DNA of 64,000 nt from Clostridiales bacterium (GCA_029265405.1 JAJUJI010000009.1:1-64000), one strand, 5' to 3'. Numbered from the stretch's first letter, positions 36,629 through 46,740 are shown. Translations and numbers: made by a program. The notes: a model not told the origin generated them from the letters alone.

Positions 36629-37756
36629 ATGGGCGATACCCTTGATTATATAGATTGGAGGGGAGACCTCGGCTTTGAGGCTTCCCCCTTCAACGAGGTT
36701 GACAATATTCTGCTGTGCAAGCTTGTCTGCCCAGATTTCACCGGCATTATCCCCCCGCCCGGGGCCGGCGGCGGCGTCAGCGCGGCCGAAGCCGTCAGGG
36801 CATATCTCGGCCGCCATGCCGGCCAAGAACGGATAGGCCTGCTTGCTCCCAAAATGCTGATCCCAATGCTTGAAAAGCTGCCGGGCAGCATCCGCTATAA
36901 AGGCATCATCCTCTCGGATTACATAAACAAGATAGATATTCATCTGGAAGAACAGTTTTCGGGGCTTACCTGCCTGCTTCCGGACGGTACTCGGTTTGTC
37001 TCCTTCAGGGGAACCGACGATACGCTGGTGGCATGGAAGGAAAACCTGAACATGAGCGTAATGGATTCGGTTCCCGCGCAAAGAGACGCGGCGGCTTATC
37101 TTGAGGGGATAATGCGCAGGTACGGCGAGCCTGTGCGGGTCGGCGGCCATTCCAAGGGCGGCAACCTGGCGGTCTACGCGGCGCTGCGCCTTCCGCCCGA
37201 ATATCATGACAGGCTGCTTTGCGTATACAACAACGACGGGCCGGGCTTCAGGGAGCCGATATTGAACAGCGAGGAATACCGGCGCATACGCTCAAAAATA
37301 ATCACCTTCGTACCCCAATATTCGCTGGTAGGCATGCTGCTGTCCCACGAGGAGGAGTACGAGATAGTAAAAAGCCGTGAAAGCGGCATCATGGCCCACG
37401 ACGGTCTGACGTGGGAGGTTTTGGGCACGAAATTCATCCGCGCGGGCAATTTTTCCCTGCGCGGCAAGATAATGAACAGCGCGGTGCGCTCCTGGATATC
37501 CGGCCTGAACGACGAGCAGAGGCGGCTGTTTATAAGCGACCTCTACTCCATACTAGCCTCCACCGGAGCCTCTACGCTTACCGAGCTTACGGAGAACAAG
37601 CTGCGGCAGTCGGCAAGGCTGATACAAAAGCTCAGAGCGGAGCCGGAAATCCGAGCCTTTCTTTCCGAAGCCCTCGAGCTGCTCATAAAGGAATACGTCA
37701 ACAGCGCGCTTGAGGTCTTCCCAAGGCCAAAGCTTCCCTTCGCGGGAAAAAAGTAA
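36629..37756 (+). CDS. Mbeg1-like (DUF2974) alpha/beta-hydrolase, lipase-like
   Basis: Nucleophile elbow GGHSKGG. 375 aa. Confidence 0.6.
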   Translation: MGDTLDYIDWRGDLGFEASPFNEVDNILLCKLVCPDFTGIIPPPGAGGGVSAAEAVRAYLGRHAGQERIGLLAPKMLIPMLEKLPGSIRYKGIILSDYINKIDIHLEEQFSGLTCLLPDGTRFVSFRGTDDTLVAWKENLNMSVMDSVPAQRDAAAYLEGIMRRYGEPVRVGGHSKGGNLAVYAALRLPPEYHDRLLCVYNNDGPGFREPILNSEEYRRIRSKIITFVPQYSLVGMLLSHEEEYEIVKSRESGIMAHDGLTWEVLGTKFIRAGNFSLRGKIMNSAVRSWISGLNDEQRRLFISDLYSILASTGASTLTELTENKLRQSARLIQKLRAEPEIRAFLSEALELLIKEYVNSALEVFPRPKLPFAGKK

Positions 37757-39448
37757 TCACATTTTGCCGCTTTTTATGATGCCCGCCAAAAGCCAGACGC
37801 TCAGTACAAAGGCCGCAAAGTAGCCCAATGCGCCCAGCAGCGGTATGCCAAGCAGCTTCGGCTCCATGTCCGTCAGGCATATCAGGCTGGAGCCGATAAG
37901 CGCCGCGGCGCAAAGGATGCAAATTATGATTCGGTTTACCATCTTGTTGAGCTTCCCCAGCGGCTCCTCGGAGCCTACAAGCTCTATGTTCAGCCGGGTC
38001 TGCCCCTTTGCGGCCAGTTTTATCAGCTCCATCAGATTGGACGACGCTTCGCCCGTTCTGCTGGCTATGGCGTACAGCGTTTTCCCGCTTCTTTCGAGCT
38101 CCTTTTTGAGGCTGAAATCCTTAAGCAGGGATTTTGAAACGACGGATGAAAACAGCTCCACCACGCTCGTTTCCGGATCCAGCTTTTCGAGCGCTCCCTC
38201 CATGGTTATCATGCCCCGGCTCAGCATTGAAACGCCGGCCGGCATCGAGAGGCCGTTGGCCTCAGCTACCGCGATCATTTCCGTCATGCTCTGCCCGATG
38301 TCGAAGCGGCTCAGCTCGATGCTGCCGTATCTTGAAAGCATGGCCTCTATATCGTCCGCCAGCCTGCTGTGGTTTATCCTTCCCGTATGCCTGCTTATGC
38401 CGAGTATGGCCGTTTTCAACTCGTAAACGTCGCCGCCGGCGATAGCGGTCAGGGCCTTTTTAAAGAGCGCCCTGTCCCTGGGAGACAGAGTGCCCACCAT
38501 GCCCAAGTCGAGCCAGACTATCTTCCCCTCCCTTATCCTGACATTTCCGGGATGGGGATCTGCGTGGAAAAAGCCGTCCTCCAGTACCTGCTTGATGTAG
38601 CAGGAAACGAGCTTTGCTGCGATATCCTTCGGGTCGTAGCCCTCTTTGACGAGGCTCTCGGTATCGTCAACCTGTATGCCTTCCACATATTCCATGCAAA
38701 GGACCCTTGAGGTCGTCAGCTCCCACTCGACCTTCGGAAAGGCCACATAAGCAAGGTCTTTATTCAGCTCCGCAAACCTTCTTATATGCTCGGCTTCGGT
38801 AATAAAGTCCATTTCCTGCTTTGCGGCGTTCCAAATTTCGTCGAGCACCATGTTCAAATCAACGACCCTGCCCGTCCTTCCGATGAGCTTTATTATGACC
38901 GAAGCCTTATGGAGCAGCTTGATGTCCTGATCCATGCGCTCGTATATTCCCGAGCGCTGAATTTTCAGGGCCATTTTTCTGCCGTCCTTCAATACAGCGG
39001 CATGCACCTGGGCGATGGACGCCGAGCCTAGCGGCTCCTCGTCTATATATCGGAACAGATTTGCGCGGCTTTCGCCGTACTCGCTGTTGAGGATGCTCAT
39101 AACCTCTTGGAAATCCATCGGCCGGACTTTAGTCCTCAGCCGAACCAGCTCCCTGCAGAATTCCTCAGGTATAAGATCCGGACGCATGGATAGAATCTGT
39201 CCGAGCTTGACAAAGGTCGGACCCAGGTCCTCCAGGATGTGTATAAGTTTTTCGGGCGTTATACCATGGATCAGGTTATAACGCCCTAAAACAGCCATTA
39301 TTTCCTTCAGCCGTTCCGCCGGGGAGCTTGAATTGTCCTTAGCCGCCTGCCTGCTGGTCGTCATCGCCGCCGTCGTCTTTCCATCCCGCTGCGATTTCCT
39401 CAAGCCTCTCCTTGATGATCTCAAGCTCATCGCGGCCCATCTTCTCAA
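37757..39448 (-). CDS. ABC1/UbiB-family atypical protein kinase with C-terminal TM helices
   Basis: ABC1 N-terminal motif region (LGPTFVKLGQILSMRPDLIP), kinase core, two C-terminal TMs. Confidence 0.8.
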   Translation of the reverse strand: MRRWAAMSLRSSRRGLRKSQRDGKTTAAMTTSRQAAKDNSSSPAERLKEIMAVLGRYNLIHGITPEKLIHILEDLGPTFVKLGQILSMRPDLIPEEFCRELVRLRTKVRPMDFQEVMSILNSEYGESRANLFRYIDEEPLGSASIAQVHAAVLKDGRKMALKIQRSGIYERMDQDIKLLHKASVIIKLIGRTGRVVDLNMVLDEIWNAAKQEMDFITEAEHIRRFAELNKDLAYVAFPKVEWELTTSRVLCMEYVEGIQVDDTESLVKEGYDPKDIAAKLVSCYIKQVLEDGFFHADPHPGNVRIREGKIVWLDLGMVGTLSPRDRALFKKALTAIAGGDVYELKTAILGISRHTGRINHSRLADDIEAMLSRYGSIELSRFDIGQSMTEMIAVAEANGLSMPAGVSMLSRGMITMEGALEKLDPETSVVELFSSVVSKSLLKDFSLKKELERSGKTLYAIASRTGEASSNLMELIKLAAKGQTRLNIELVGSEEPLGKLNKMVNRIIICILCAAALIGSSLICLTDMEPKLLGIPLLGALGYFAAFVLSVWLLAGIIKSGKM

Positions 39449-39863
39449 GACTGTCCATAACGGCCGAGGCGCTCACCTTCAGCTTGTCGGTGCTCTCTTC
39501 CATGGTTTTTTCGACTTCGGAAAGCTTGAGTCTGATGGCCTCGAGCTCCTCCCTGCTCATTTTGCCAAGAGCCTGGGCCATATCCTTGATGTCCATCTCG
39601 TTTTTGGCTCTCTTGCGCTTGAGCTCCTCATTCATCAGCCGGCCCTTTTCGATCACTCGCTCTCCCCTTTCGGATAGCGTCTTTACCGCTTTTCCGGCAA
39701 TATCCACGGCTAGAGCTGTCGCTCCGACACCGGTGTAAAGCGCCTTTTTCAATCCTTCGGTTATTCTGTCGCTCATAAACCCTTCTCCTCTCCTTATCAT
39801 ATCATTATTATCGCGCTTCAGGTTTACATCTAGTAGTATAACTCGCAGGAAATTAATATACAA
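39339..39863 (-). CDS. Phasin-like coiled-coil protein
   Basis: Probable start MSDRIT at 39776, preceded by an AGGAGAGGAG Shine-Dalgarno. Highly charged helical repeats, acidic tail. Confidence 0.5.
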   Translation of the reverse strand: MYINFLRVILLDVNLKRDNNDMIRRGEGFMSDRITEGLKKALYTGVGATALAVDIAGKAVKTLSERGERVIEKGRLMNEELKRKRAKNEMDIKDMAQALGKMSREELEAIRLKLSEVEKTMEESTDKLKVSASAVMDSLEKMGRDELEIIKERLEEIAAGWKDDGGDDDQQAGG

Positions 39864-39882
39864 TCGATATATTAATTGAATA

Positions 39883-41001
39883 TTAAGGCTCGCTCGGCAG
39901 GGAAAGATCTATAAACTCCCAGAGCGGGTTTATAGTCTCGTTCATTATATGGCGGCTGTTTGAAACAAAGCACTTGCTTCCAGCGCCGCCCTCCTTTGAA
40001 TAATAAAGGCTGTTGACCGCCGCCGCTCGGCAGCGGCGGAGCCTGAGCTCCGCTTCCCTTCCCTTGTAGGCCAGCTCCGCCGATACGGCGATATCCTCCC
40101 CCGGCTCAAGCCCCGGATAAAGCTCGACGAAGCTGCGCCCTTGCTCGGGGCTGTCGAGATACGCGACATAGCTGACACTGCCGTCGCCTCCGTTAATGCT
40201 CTTGAAATACGGCAGAGACGACGCATTTAAGCTTTCAACTGTATAAGACGCGCCGCTTTCAAGCCCCGCGACGGTGTACGCAAAACTCCAGCTTTCCGGC
40301 CCATAATCGGCAAACTCGCCCTTTTTCAAAACGGCCCTGCCCGTTACATATAAAAGCAGCTCTTCGGAGTTTACGACGGTCAGTTCTGCTATTATAGAGC
40401 CTTCCAAGGCCGGAGGCTCCGCCCCCGTCTCAAGCCCGCGCGCGCAAAAGCCGATGAGCTTTTCCTTTCTCCAGCGCTCCCAGTCCTCCGTCCGCGCCTT
40501 CGCGGCCACGCTTTCATGCTCGCTGAGGTTATAGTCGAAGCTTCCCTCCGAACAGCAGACCGATAAAACGCTTCCGCACATGGGATCATACTCGATTGCA
40601 AAGCAGCCCGCCTTCAAATCATCGTCAAACAAAAATGCAGGACATATAATGTCAAGGATAGGTTTGAAATTTGCCGCTCCGTTTCTTACCGCTACCTCCG
40701 CTCCCGAAGCCGGATTGCTGAAAGCGGCGTAATACACGCCCGCTGTCTCGGTTTCGGCCTCAGAGAGGGCAAAAAGCTTGTCAAGCTTCCCCTCCACCCT
40801 CAGCTCAGAAAGCCTGCTTTGCGCAGCGAGAAACAGCGTTTGCGCCCGCATGTCCAGCCTGCGGATGCGATAAGCGTCTATCAGCGACTTGGCGGAAGGA
40901 ATAGAAACTGCAATTAGTATGCCCAGCACGGCCATGACGACCGCAAGCTCAACCAGGGTATAGCCCCCGCTGTGTCCTCTTTTTTCAGCGTCTTCTCTCA
41001 T
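39883..41001 (-). CDS. Large pseudopilin / type IV pilin-like protein (prepilin N-terminus)
   Basis: Class III signal GYTLVELAVVMAVLGILIAV, 372 aa. Confidence 0.7.
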   Translation of the reverse strand: MREDAEKRGHSGGYTLVELAVVMAVLGILIAVSIPSAKSLIDAYRIRRLDMRAQTLFLAAQSRLSELRVEGKLDKLFALSEAETETAGVYYAAFSNPASGAEVAVRNGAANFKPILDIICPAFLFDDDLKAGCFAIEYDPMCGSVLSVCCSEGSFDYNLSEHESVAAKARTEDWERWRKEKLIGFCARGLETGAEPPALEGSIIAELTVVNSEELLLYVTGRAVLKKGEFADYGPESWSFAYTVAGLESGASYTVESLNASSLPYFKSINGGDGSVSYVAYLDSPEQGRSFVELYPGLEPGEDIAVSAELAYKGREAELRLRRCRAAAVNSLYYSKEGGAGSKCFVSNSRHIMNETINPLWEFIDLSLPSEP

Positions 41002-41017
41002 GACCCGCTTCCAGCCT

Positions 41018-41524
41018 CTACCCTATGGAGGTATATATGTAAAAGTCCAGTTCTTTTACGGAGCGTCCTTCGTAGCTCAAGGCCAGCCGGCCCTTCACCT
41101 CGTAGCCTCCGAAATCGGCCTTCTCCGCCGTCACTCCGCTCAGCAGCGCGTCAAACTCAAAACGACCCGCTCCGCTTGCCAAAAAGCGGCTTTCCTCCGG
41201 GCGGCCGGCCGGCGTCAGGCATATATCGCCGCCGGAACCGGAGCAGAGCAGCAAGGCCTCCCCGCGGCGGTCCAGAAAGCTTAAGCGGAGCCCGTTGTCC
41301 CCGGCCGAAACCGCCTCGGCGCCCTTCAGCGCAGCCGCTATTTGCTCCAGCAGCATGTCCGCAGCGCCCTGCGCGGCGCTTTCCAGCTCAACGCGCTTTG
41401 ACAGCAAGGCTATTCCTATAATCAAATTCCCGCAGGCCGATACAAGGAGCGCGGCTATGGCCATGCTGACGACCGCCTCCGCCAGCGTAAAGCCCGCGCC
41501 TCCGGCTTTATTTTTATTCTTCAT
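41018..41524 (-). CDS. Pseudopilin (prepilin-type N-terminal cleavage/methylation domain)
   Basis: GFTLAEAVVSMAIAALLV. Confidence 0.7.
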   Translation of the reverse strand: MKNKNKAGGAGFTLAEAVVSMAIAALLVSACGNLIIGIALLSKRVELESAAQGAADMLLEQIAAALKGAEAVSAGDNGLRLSFLDRRGEALLLCSGSGGDICLTPAGRPEESRFLASGAGRFEFDALLSGVTAEKADFGGYEVKGRLALSYEGRSVKELDFYIYTSIG

Positions 41525-41849
41525 TTGACGTCTGTCGGCCGCTCGGCCCGTTTAGTCCGCCGCTGAAGTAGACGAAGCCCGCGTCGTTTTCATATGCAAA
41601 AGCCTCAATAGTTTGAACGTTCTCGCTTGCTCCCCCGCAGTCTACGGCAACAGTCAAGGTCACGGGGCCTATCGCTACAAACTGCGAACGGAAGGCGGCG
41701 CCGTCTCTTTCCGCCTCCTTCAAAAGGCTTGACGCCAGTTGTGCGGATTTAAGCATTATCCCCAGCGCGATCAGTATGAGAACCATAGCGCATACGCCTT
41801 CTATCAGCGTTTCGCCCCGATTTCCCAGGAAAATGCCTCTGTTTCTCAT
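41514..41849 (-). CDS. Pseudopilin (prepilin-type N-terminus)
   Basis: GETLIEGVCAMVLILIALGI. Confidence 0.65.
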   Translation of the reverse strand: MRNRGIFLGNRGETLIEGVCAMVLILIALGIMLKSAQLASSLLKEAERDGAAFRSQFVAIGPVTLTVAVDCGGASENVQTIEAFAYENDAGFVYFSGGLNGPSGRQTSNEE

Positions 41850-41853
41850 TCAT

Positions 41854-42630
41854 TCATTCCTCCGCTGAGAGAAGATATGTATAGGTCCTGTGCAGGCATT
41901 CGTATTCGCCGCCTTCAACGATTATTTTTTCGGAATATTCCCTTATCGCCGCCGTCAGACATACGCTTGCCGTTTCTCCGGCCTTTCCTCCCTCCGTCCC
42001 GCTCATAACGCTGATAAGCAGCGGGGCGCCTATGTCCAGCCTTCCTATTTCGTCCTTCTCAAGGCCCGAAAACTCACACAGCCACGTTATTTCCTGTCCC
42101 TTGCACAGCGCGCGGACAGCAGCCGTTCCTCCGCCGCCATACGCCGCCTCCATAACGCTTCTCGCCAGGCTCTCACCTTTGAACTCGGCCCCTCCCTCAC
42201 GGGCCTCGTCTATATAAATCTGGCCGCCGCTGTACACGGTTACGGTCTCTATCGTTATTGACGCCCCATCCAAGAAGTCCAGCAGAAGCCTTGCGCCGGA
42301 TAGCGCAATAAGCTCGCTTTTTCTTTCCGCCACGCTCATTGCAGCGCGCATGCGGCCGCCGTATGCGGCCGATACTATAGATGTCCCTATAAGCAGAGCT
42401 ATCACGCAGGCCAGGCACGCGAACACAAGGGTTATGCCCCTTTGGTCGAGCCATGCGCTCCCCCATCTTTTTTTGCCTTTTGCCAGGTATTCCACGGCAC
42501 GCTCATTCTTTCCATAATTGAGTATTTTTTGGCATTTATCGTTATTATAATACAGCATACGCGGCCGGCGGGCAATATAAAAATGCTCCGTAAATAAGCG
42601 TTCATGAATTAGCGGCCTGTCCAAAAGCAT
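41854..42630 (-). CDS. Pilus-associated membrane protein (degenerate pilin-like N-terminus)
   Basis: RGITLVFACLACVIALLIG hydrophobic N-terminal segment. First gene of the pseudopilin cluster. Start uncertain. Confidence 0.45.
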   Translation of the reverse strand: MLLDRPLIHERLFTEHFYIARRPRMLYYNNDKCQKILNYGKNERAVEYLAKGKKRWGSAWLDQRGITLVFACLACVIALLIGTSIVSAAYGGRMRAAMSVAERKSELIALSGARLLLDFLDGASITIETVTVYSGGQIYIDEAREGGAEFKGESLARSVMEAAYGGGGTAAVRALCKGQEITWLCEFSGLEKDEIGRLDIGAPLLISVMSGTEGGKAGETASVCLTAAIREYSEKIIVEGGEYECLHRTYTYLLSAEE

Positions 42631-42790
42631 TTTTCTTAAAAAAGCAACATCCCGTTGATAAACGGGATATTATAGTATATAATTGTTATATTTAAAATAT
42701 ACTTTTAATTAGCTGCGGCGACATTGATGTTTACATTATGCAAAACGGCACTGCCTGTATTTAACATAATTGAAAAAGGTGTAATATAAT

Positions 42791-45235
42791 ATGGCGCTGG
42801 CTACAATCTTCCTGCGGAGTTTTGCGGCCCCTTTAAACGGCGGCGGCTTTCCACCGTCTTTTTACATAATACACGGCGCGGCTATACTGCTATTGTGCGC
42901 TCTTGCGGTTCTGATGGCATTCCATATAAGGCTGAGTAAAAAAGCGGGCCGGAAGCTTGAATATGGCAATAAACTGCTGCTTTCCTTTATAAACGCGGAA
43001 AACGACTTTATATACCTGAAGGATGAAAATTACAAATATGTGATTGTCAACGAGGCATACGCACGCTTTTGCGGAAGGCGGCCGGAAGAGCTTATAGGCC
43101 ATGACGATTACGAGCTCTTTGAAAAGCCTCTTGCGGATATACGCAGGAAAACCGACACGGAGGCGCTTGACGGCGGAAGGCTTACGGAAAACATAGTGGA
43201 CTACAGAGGCAACACAAGCGTTATTACGAAATTTCCTGTCACGCTTTCCAACGGGAGGCGCGGGCTCGGCGCTCACATCAGGGATATAACCAAGGAGCGC
43301 AAGCATGACAAAAACCAGGCCAAGCTCCTGCAAAGGGCGGGCATATTGATACACCTCACCTCCCATGAATTCAAAAGCGCTCATGAGCAGCTCAGCTATG
43401 TGCTGCAGCAGGCTGTGGAGCTTACCGAAAGCAAATACGGCTATATCATCTACTATGATGAGGATGCAAAGGCATTCACTCCCGGCCTATGGTCTGCAAG
43501 CGTTATTCAAGACTGCAAAATAGGAAGCCCCTCTATGGAATATCCGCTGGATTGCACGGGCTTGTGGGGCGAGGCAGTCAGGCGGAGAACCCACATAATA
43601 ATCAACGATTTTGAGTCCAATCCTGATAAAAAAGGCTATCCGGACGAGCATATCGAGCTCAAGCGCTTCATGTCAGCCCCAATAGTCATAGACGGCAGGA
43701 TCGTTGCCGTTGTCGGAATGGCAAACAAGGAAGAGGATTACGAGGAAAGCGACGCGATGAACCTTATAATGGTCGTAGGCGGAGCCTGGCAGGCCATTCA
43801 GAGGAAGGATGTGCAGGAGCAGCTTCACTATGAGCGCAACAGATATCTCCAAACGCTGATTTCCATAGGCGACGGCGTTATGATAACCGACGAGACGGGA
43901 ACGGTGGAGATGCTCAACGGCGTAGCCCAGAAGCTGACGGGTTGGACCAGCGAGGAGGCCCGCGGAAGGCCTTACAGGGAGGTATTCAGGCTATCGCATG
44001 AGGATCCCAGCTTAACGGTAGAGGATCCTGTGGAGAAGGTCCTAAAAACCGGAAGGATACATGAACTGGGCAACCACGCGATATTGACCTCGCGTTCCGG
44101 CCGCACATACTACCTGGAGGACAGCGCCGCGCCCATATTCGGCGACGGCGGCGTCTGCGAAGGCGTGGTGCTGGTTTTCCGCGATATTACCCAAAAGCGG
44201 GAGCAGCGGAAAAAAATCGAGTACCTAAGCTACCACGATCAGCTGACCGGCTTATTCAACAGGAGCTTTTTCGAGGAAGAGCTGACGAGGCTGGATACGG
44301 AGCGCAACCTGCCCATATCCATACTTATGGGCGACGTTAACGGGCTCAAGCTAACCAACGATATTTTCGGCCATGTGTACGGCGACGAGCTTCTTAAGAC
44401 GCTTGCCTCAGTGTTCAGGCGGACTTGCAGGGCCGACGATATTATTGCCCGCTGGGGCGGCGACGAATTTGTCATACTTTTGCCCAAAACCTCCAAAAAG
44501 GACGCCGAGGGCATAGCCATGAGAATCAGGGACGATTTCGCCTCCAGGCAGGTAAGGGCCATCAAGGGCAGCATATCCATGGGCATAGCATGCAAGACCT
44601 CCTTGAACCAGGATATCTCTGGCGTGCTGGGCGACGCGGAGGAGCTTATGTATTCCGTTAAAACCTTGGAGCGCGATTCGGTCACCGACGAAGAGATATG
44701 CTCTCTGACGGAGCTGTTTTATAGGAGCAATCCTAATGAGGAATCTCATTCAAAGCGGGTCTTGGAGCTTTGCGAAATGATAGGGGCGGAAATGGGCCTG
44801 TCCGGAGTAGAGCTCAGGCGCCTGAAGGAAGCGGCGTATTATCACGATATAGGCAAAATAATAATGCAGCCCGAGGTGATTAACTACAAACGCCCTCCCT
44901 CCGAGCAGGAGCTGGCGGATCTGAAAAAGCATCCCGTAGTCGGATACAGGATTTTAAATTCCTCCGACAGGACAGTCGGCCTCGCGGAGGTCGTTTTAGC
45001 CCACCACGAGCACTGGAACGGACAGGGCTATCCAAAGGGGCTCACGGGCGAGGAAATTCCTCTGCTTGCCCGGATAATAGCCGTCGCCGAGCGATACGAC
45101 CGGCTAAAGAACAGCTATGATAAAAGCGAAGCGGACAATGCGGCGGATATAATCAAAAGCGAAGCGGGCACGCTTTTGGACCCGCAGATAGTCAGAATAT
45201 TGCTGGGTATAATACACCCGCATGCTGCCAATTGA
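42791..45235 (+). CDS. Membrane-anchored multidomain c-di-GMP signalling protein: PAS-GAF-PAS-GGDEF-HD-GYP
   Basis: N-terminal TMs, intact GGDEF (RWGGDEFVIL), HD-GYP (HHEHWNGQGYPKGL). Confidence 0.85.
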   Translation: MALATIFLRSFAAPLNGGGFPPSFYIIHGAAILLLCALAVLMAFHIRLSKKAGRKLEYGNKLLLSFINAENDFIYLKDENYKYVIVNEAYARFCGRRPEELIGHDDYELFEKPLADIRRKTDTEALDGGRLTENIVDYRGNTSVITKFPVTLSNGRRGLGAHIRDITKERKHDKNQAKLLQRAGILIHLTSHEFKSAHEQLSYVLQQAVELTESKYGYIIYYDEDAKAFTPGLWSASVIQDCKIGSPSMEYPLDCTGLWGEAVRRRTHIIINDFESNPDKKGYPDEHIELKRFMSAPIVIDGRIVAVVGMANKEEDYEESDAMNLIMVVGGAWQAIQRKDVQEQLHYERNRYLQTLISIGDGVMITDETGTVEMLNGVAQKLTGWTSEEARGRPYREVFRLSHEDPSLTVEDPVEKVLKTGRIHELGNHAILTSRSGRTYYLEDSAAPIFGDGGVCEGVVLVFRDITQKREQRKKIEYLSYHDQLTGLFNRSFFEEELTRLDTERNLPISILMGDVNGLKLTNDIFGHVYGDELLKTLASVFRRTCRADDIIARWGGDEFVILLPKTSKKDAEGIAMRIRDDFASRQVRAIKGSISMGIACKTSLNQDISGVLGDAEELMYSVKTLERDSVTDEEICSLTELFYRSNPNEESHSKRVLELCEMIGAEMGLSGVELRRLKEAAYYHDIGKIIMQPEVINYKRPPSEQELADLKKHPVVGYRILNSSDRTVGLAEVVLAHHEHWNGQGYPKGLTGEEIPLLARIIAVAERYDRLKNSYDKSEADNAADIIKSEAGTLLDPQIVRILLGIIHPHAAN

Positions 45236-45291
45236 ATCCTTAAGCTGCAAGCGCCCTTTCCGAGGTATTTCACCGGCGGAAAGGGCGCGTT

Positions 45292-46740
45292 TTATTCCAT
45301 CTCAGCGATCTCTGCCCTGATGTGGGCCGGAGGTCTTATATCTCTCGTTAAAGCCAGAACATCGGCGTTATGCTCTGCTATGAGGCGTTCTATATCTCCG
45401 TTGATATCCTCAACCACTTGGTCCACATATCTGACCGCCTCCAGCAGCGTTTTTCTTTTTTCAAAATCAAGCCCGTCTGCGCTTTTGCAGGGCCGCAGCG
45501 CGACTATCAGGCAGTCTCCCAGCGACCTGGCCTTGCGGAGCAATTCAATGTCGTCATAGCCGAGCCTGTCGAAAGCGCCTAAAAGCAGCACCCGCTTCAT
45601 GTCCGTTTCAGGCTTGTCGTCAAGCGGCTCTCCGTTCTTGGCTTTCTCGTGGGTCTTGGCTACCTCGTTTTTCTTTTCACGCCTCATCAGGCTTCTGACT
45701 GCGTCCTCGGGCCTGGCGTTTTCGTTCACAATGCGGTTGACGGCCTCTATTATCGGCAGCTCTACCTTATAACGTCTTGAAAGAGCCATTGCCGCAGGCA
45801 AGGCGTTCATGCCCTCTACAACCATGCCCACCTCCCTGACGGCTTCCGCCGGACTTAGGCCCCTGCCTATCAGATTCCCCGCCCTGTTGTTTCGGCTGTG
45901 GACGCTGGTGGCGGTAACTATCAAATCGCCTATACCGGCGAGCCCGCTGAAGGTGCGCTCATGACAGCCCATGGCTACCCCAAGCCTTCTTATTTCAGAC
46001 ATCCCTCTTGTAATCAGCGCCGCCCTTGCGTTGTCTCCGTAGCCAAGGCCGGCGGAAATTCCGGCGGCCAGAGCAACTATGTTTTTCAGCGCTCCGCACA
46101 GCTCAACTCCTTTTACATCAGGGTTGGTATATACCCTCATGCAGGTGTTCATAAATACGTCCTGCACGAATCTTGCCGCCTCCATATCCTCGCAGGCGGA
46201 CACTATAGTCGTCGGCATGTCAAGGGCCACCTCTTCGGCATGAGACGGGCCGGACAGGGCTACGAGCTTCGCCCTTTTGCTGGGGTTTTCCATTTTCAGC
46301 TCGTCCCTAATGACCTCGGTAAGTGTCATAAGCGTTTCGGGCTCGATGCCCTTTGCCACATCCACGACCGTCATGCCGTCGCCAATAAAAGGAGCGGCCC
46401 TCCGCGCCGTTTCCCTGGTATAAACGGAGGGCACCGCAAAAATGAGTATATCCTTATCCGTGCAGGCCAGCCTGATATCGCCGGTAAAAGCTACTTCGTC
46501 CGGAATCGTCATTCCCGGAAGGTTCGGGTGCCTTCTTGTCTGCGTCAGCTCTCTTACTTCCTTGTCCAGGGCAGACCATACCGTCACTTCGTTTCCGTTT
46601 ATCCGGAGCAGCCGCGCCAGCGCCGTACCCCAGGTTCCGGCCCCCAGAATTCCCGCTCTATACATTCTTTTCCTCCGTTGATGCCGCAATATATATTCAA
46701 TGCAAGGCGCATTATGCCCCGCACTGTGCAAATTTTTCAA
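45292..46740 (-). CDS. gpsA: NAD(P)H-dependent glycerol-3-phosphate dehydrogenase (GpsA) fused to a C-terminal degenerate glycerol-3-phosphate cytidylyltransferase (TagD)-like domain
   Basis: GILGAGTWG Rossmann motif and GpsA core, then a TagD-like segment in which HxGH is replaced by LGYDD. Likely start MYRAGIL (about 46662). Confidence 0.75.
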   Translation of the reverse strand: MKNLHSAGHNAPCIEYILRHQRRKRMYRAGILGAGTWGTALARLLRINGNEVTVWSALDKEVRELTQTRRHPNLPGMTIPDEVAFTGDIRLACTDKDILIFAVPSVYTRETARRAAPFIGDGMTVVDVAKGIEPETLMTLTEVIRDELKMENPSKRAKLVALSGPSHAEEVALDMPTTIVSACEDMEAARFVQDVFMNTCMRVYTNPDVKGVELCGALKNIVALAAGISAGLGYGDNARAALITRGMSEIRRLGVAMGCHERTFSGLAGIGDLIVTATSVHSRNNRAGNLIGRGLSPAEAVREVGMVVEGMNALPAAMALSRRYKVELPIIEAVNRIVNENARPEDAVRSLMRREKKNEVAKTHEKAKNGEPLDDKPETDMKRVLLLGAFDRLGYDDIELLRKARSLGDCLIVALRPCKSADGLDFEKRKTLLEAVRYVDQVVEDINGDIERLIAEHNADVLALTRDIRPPAHIRAEIAEME

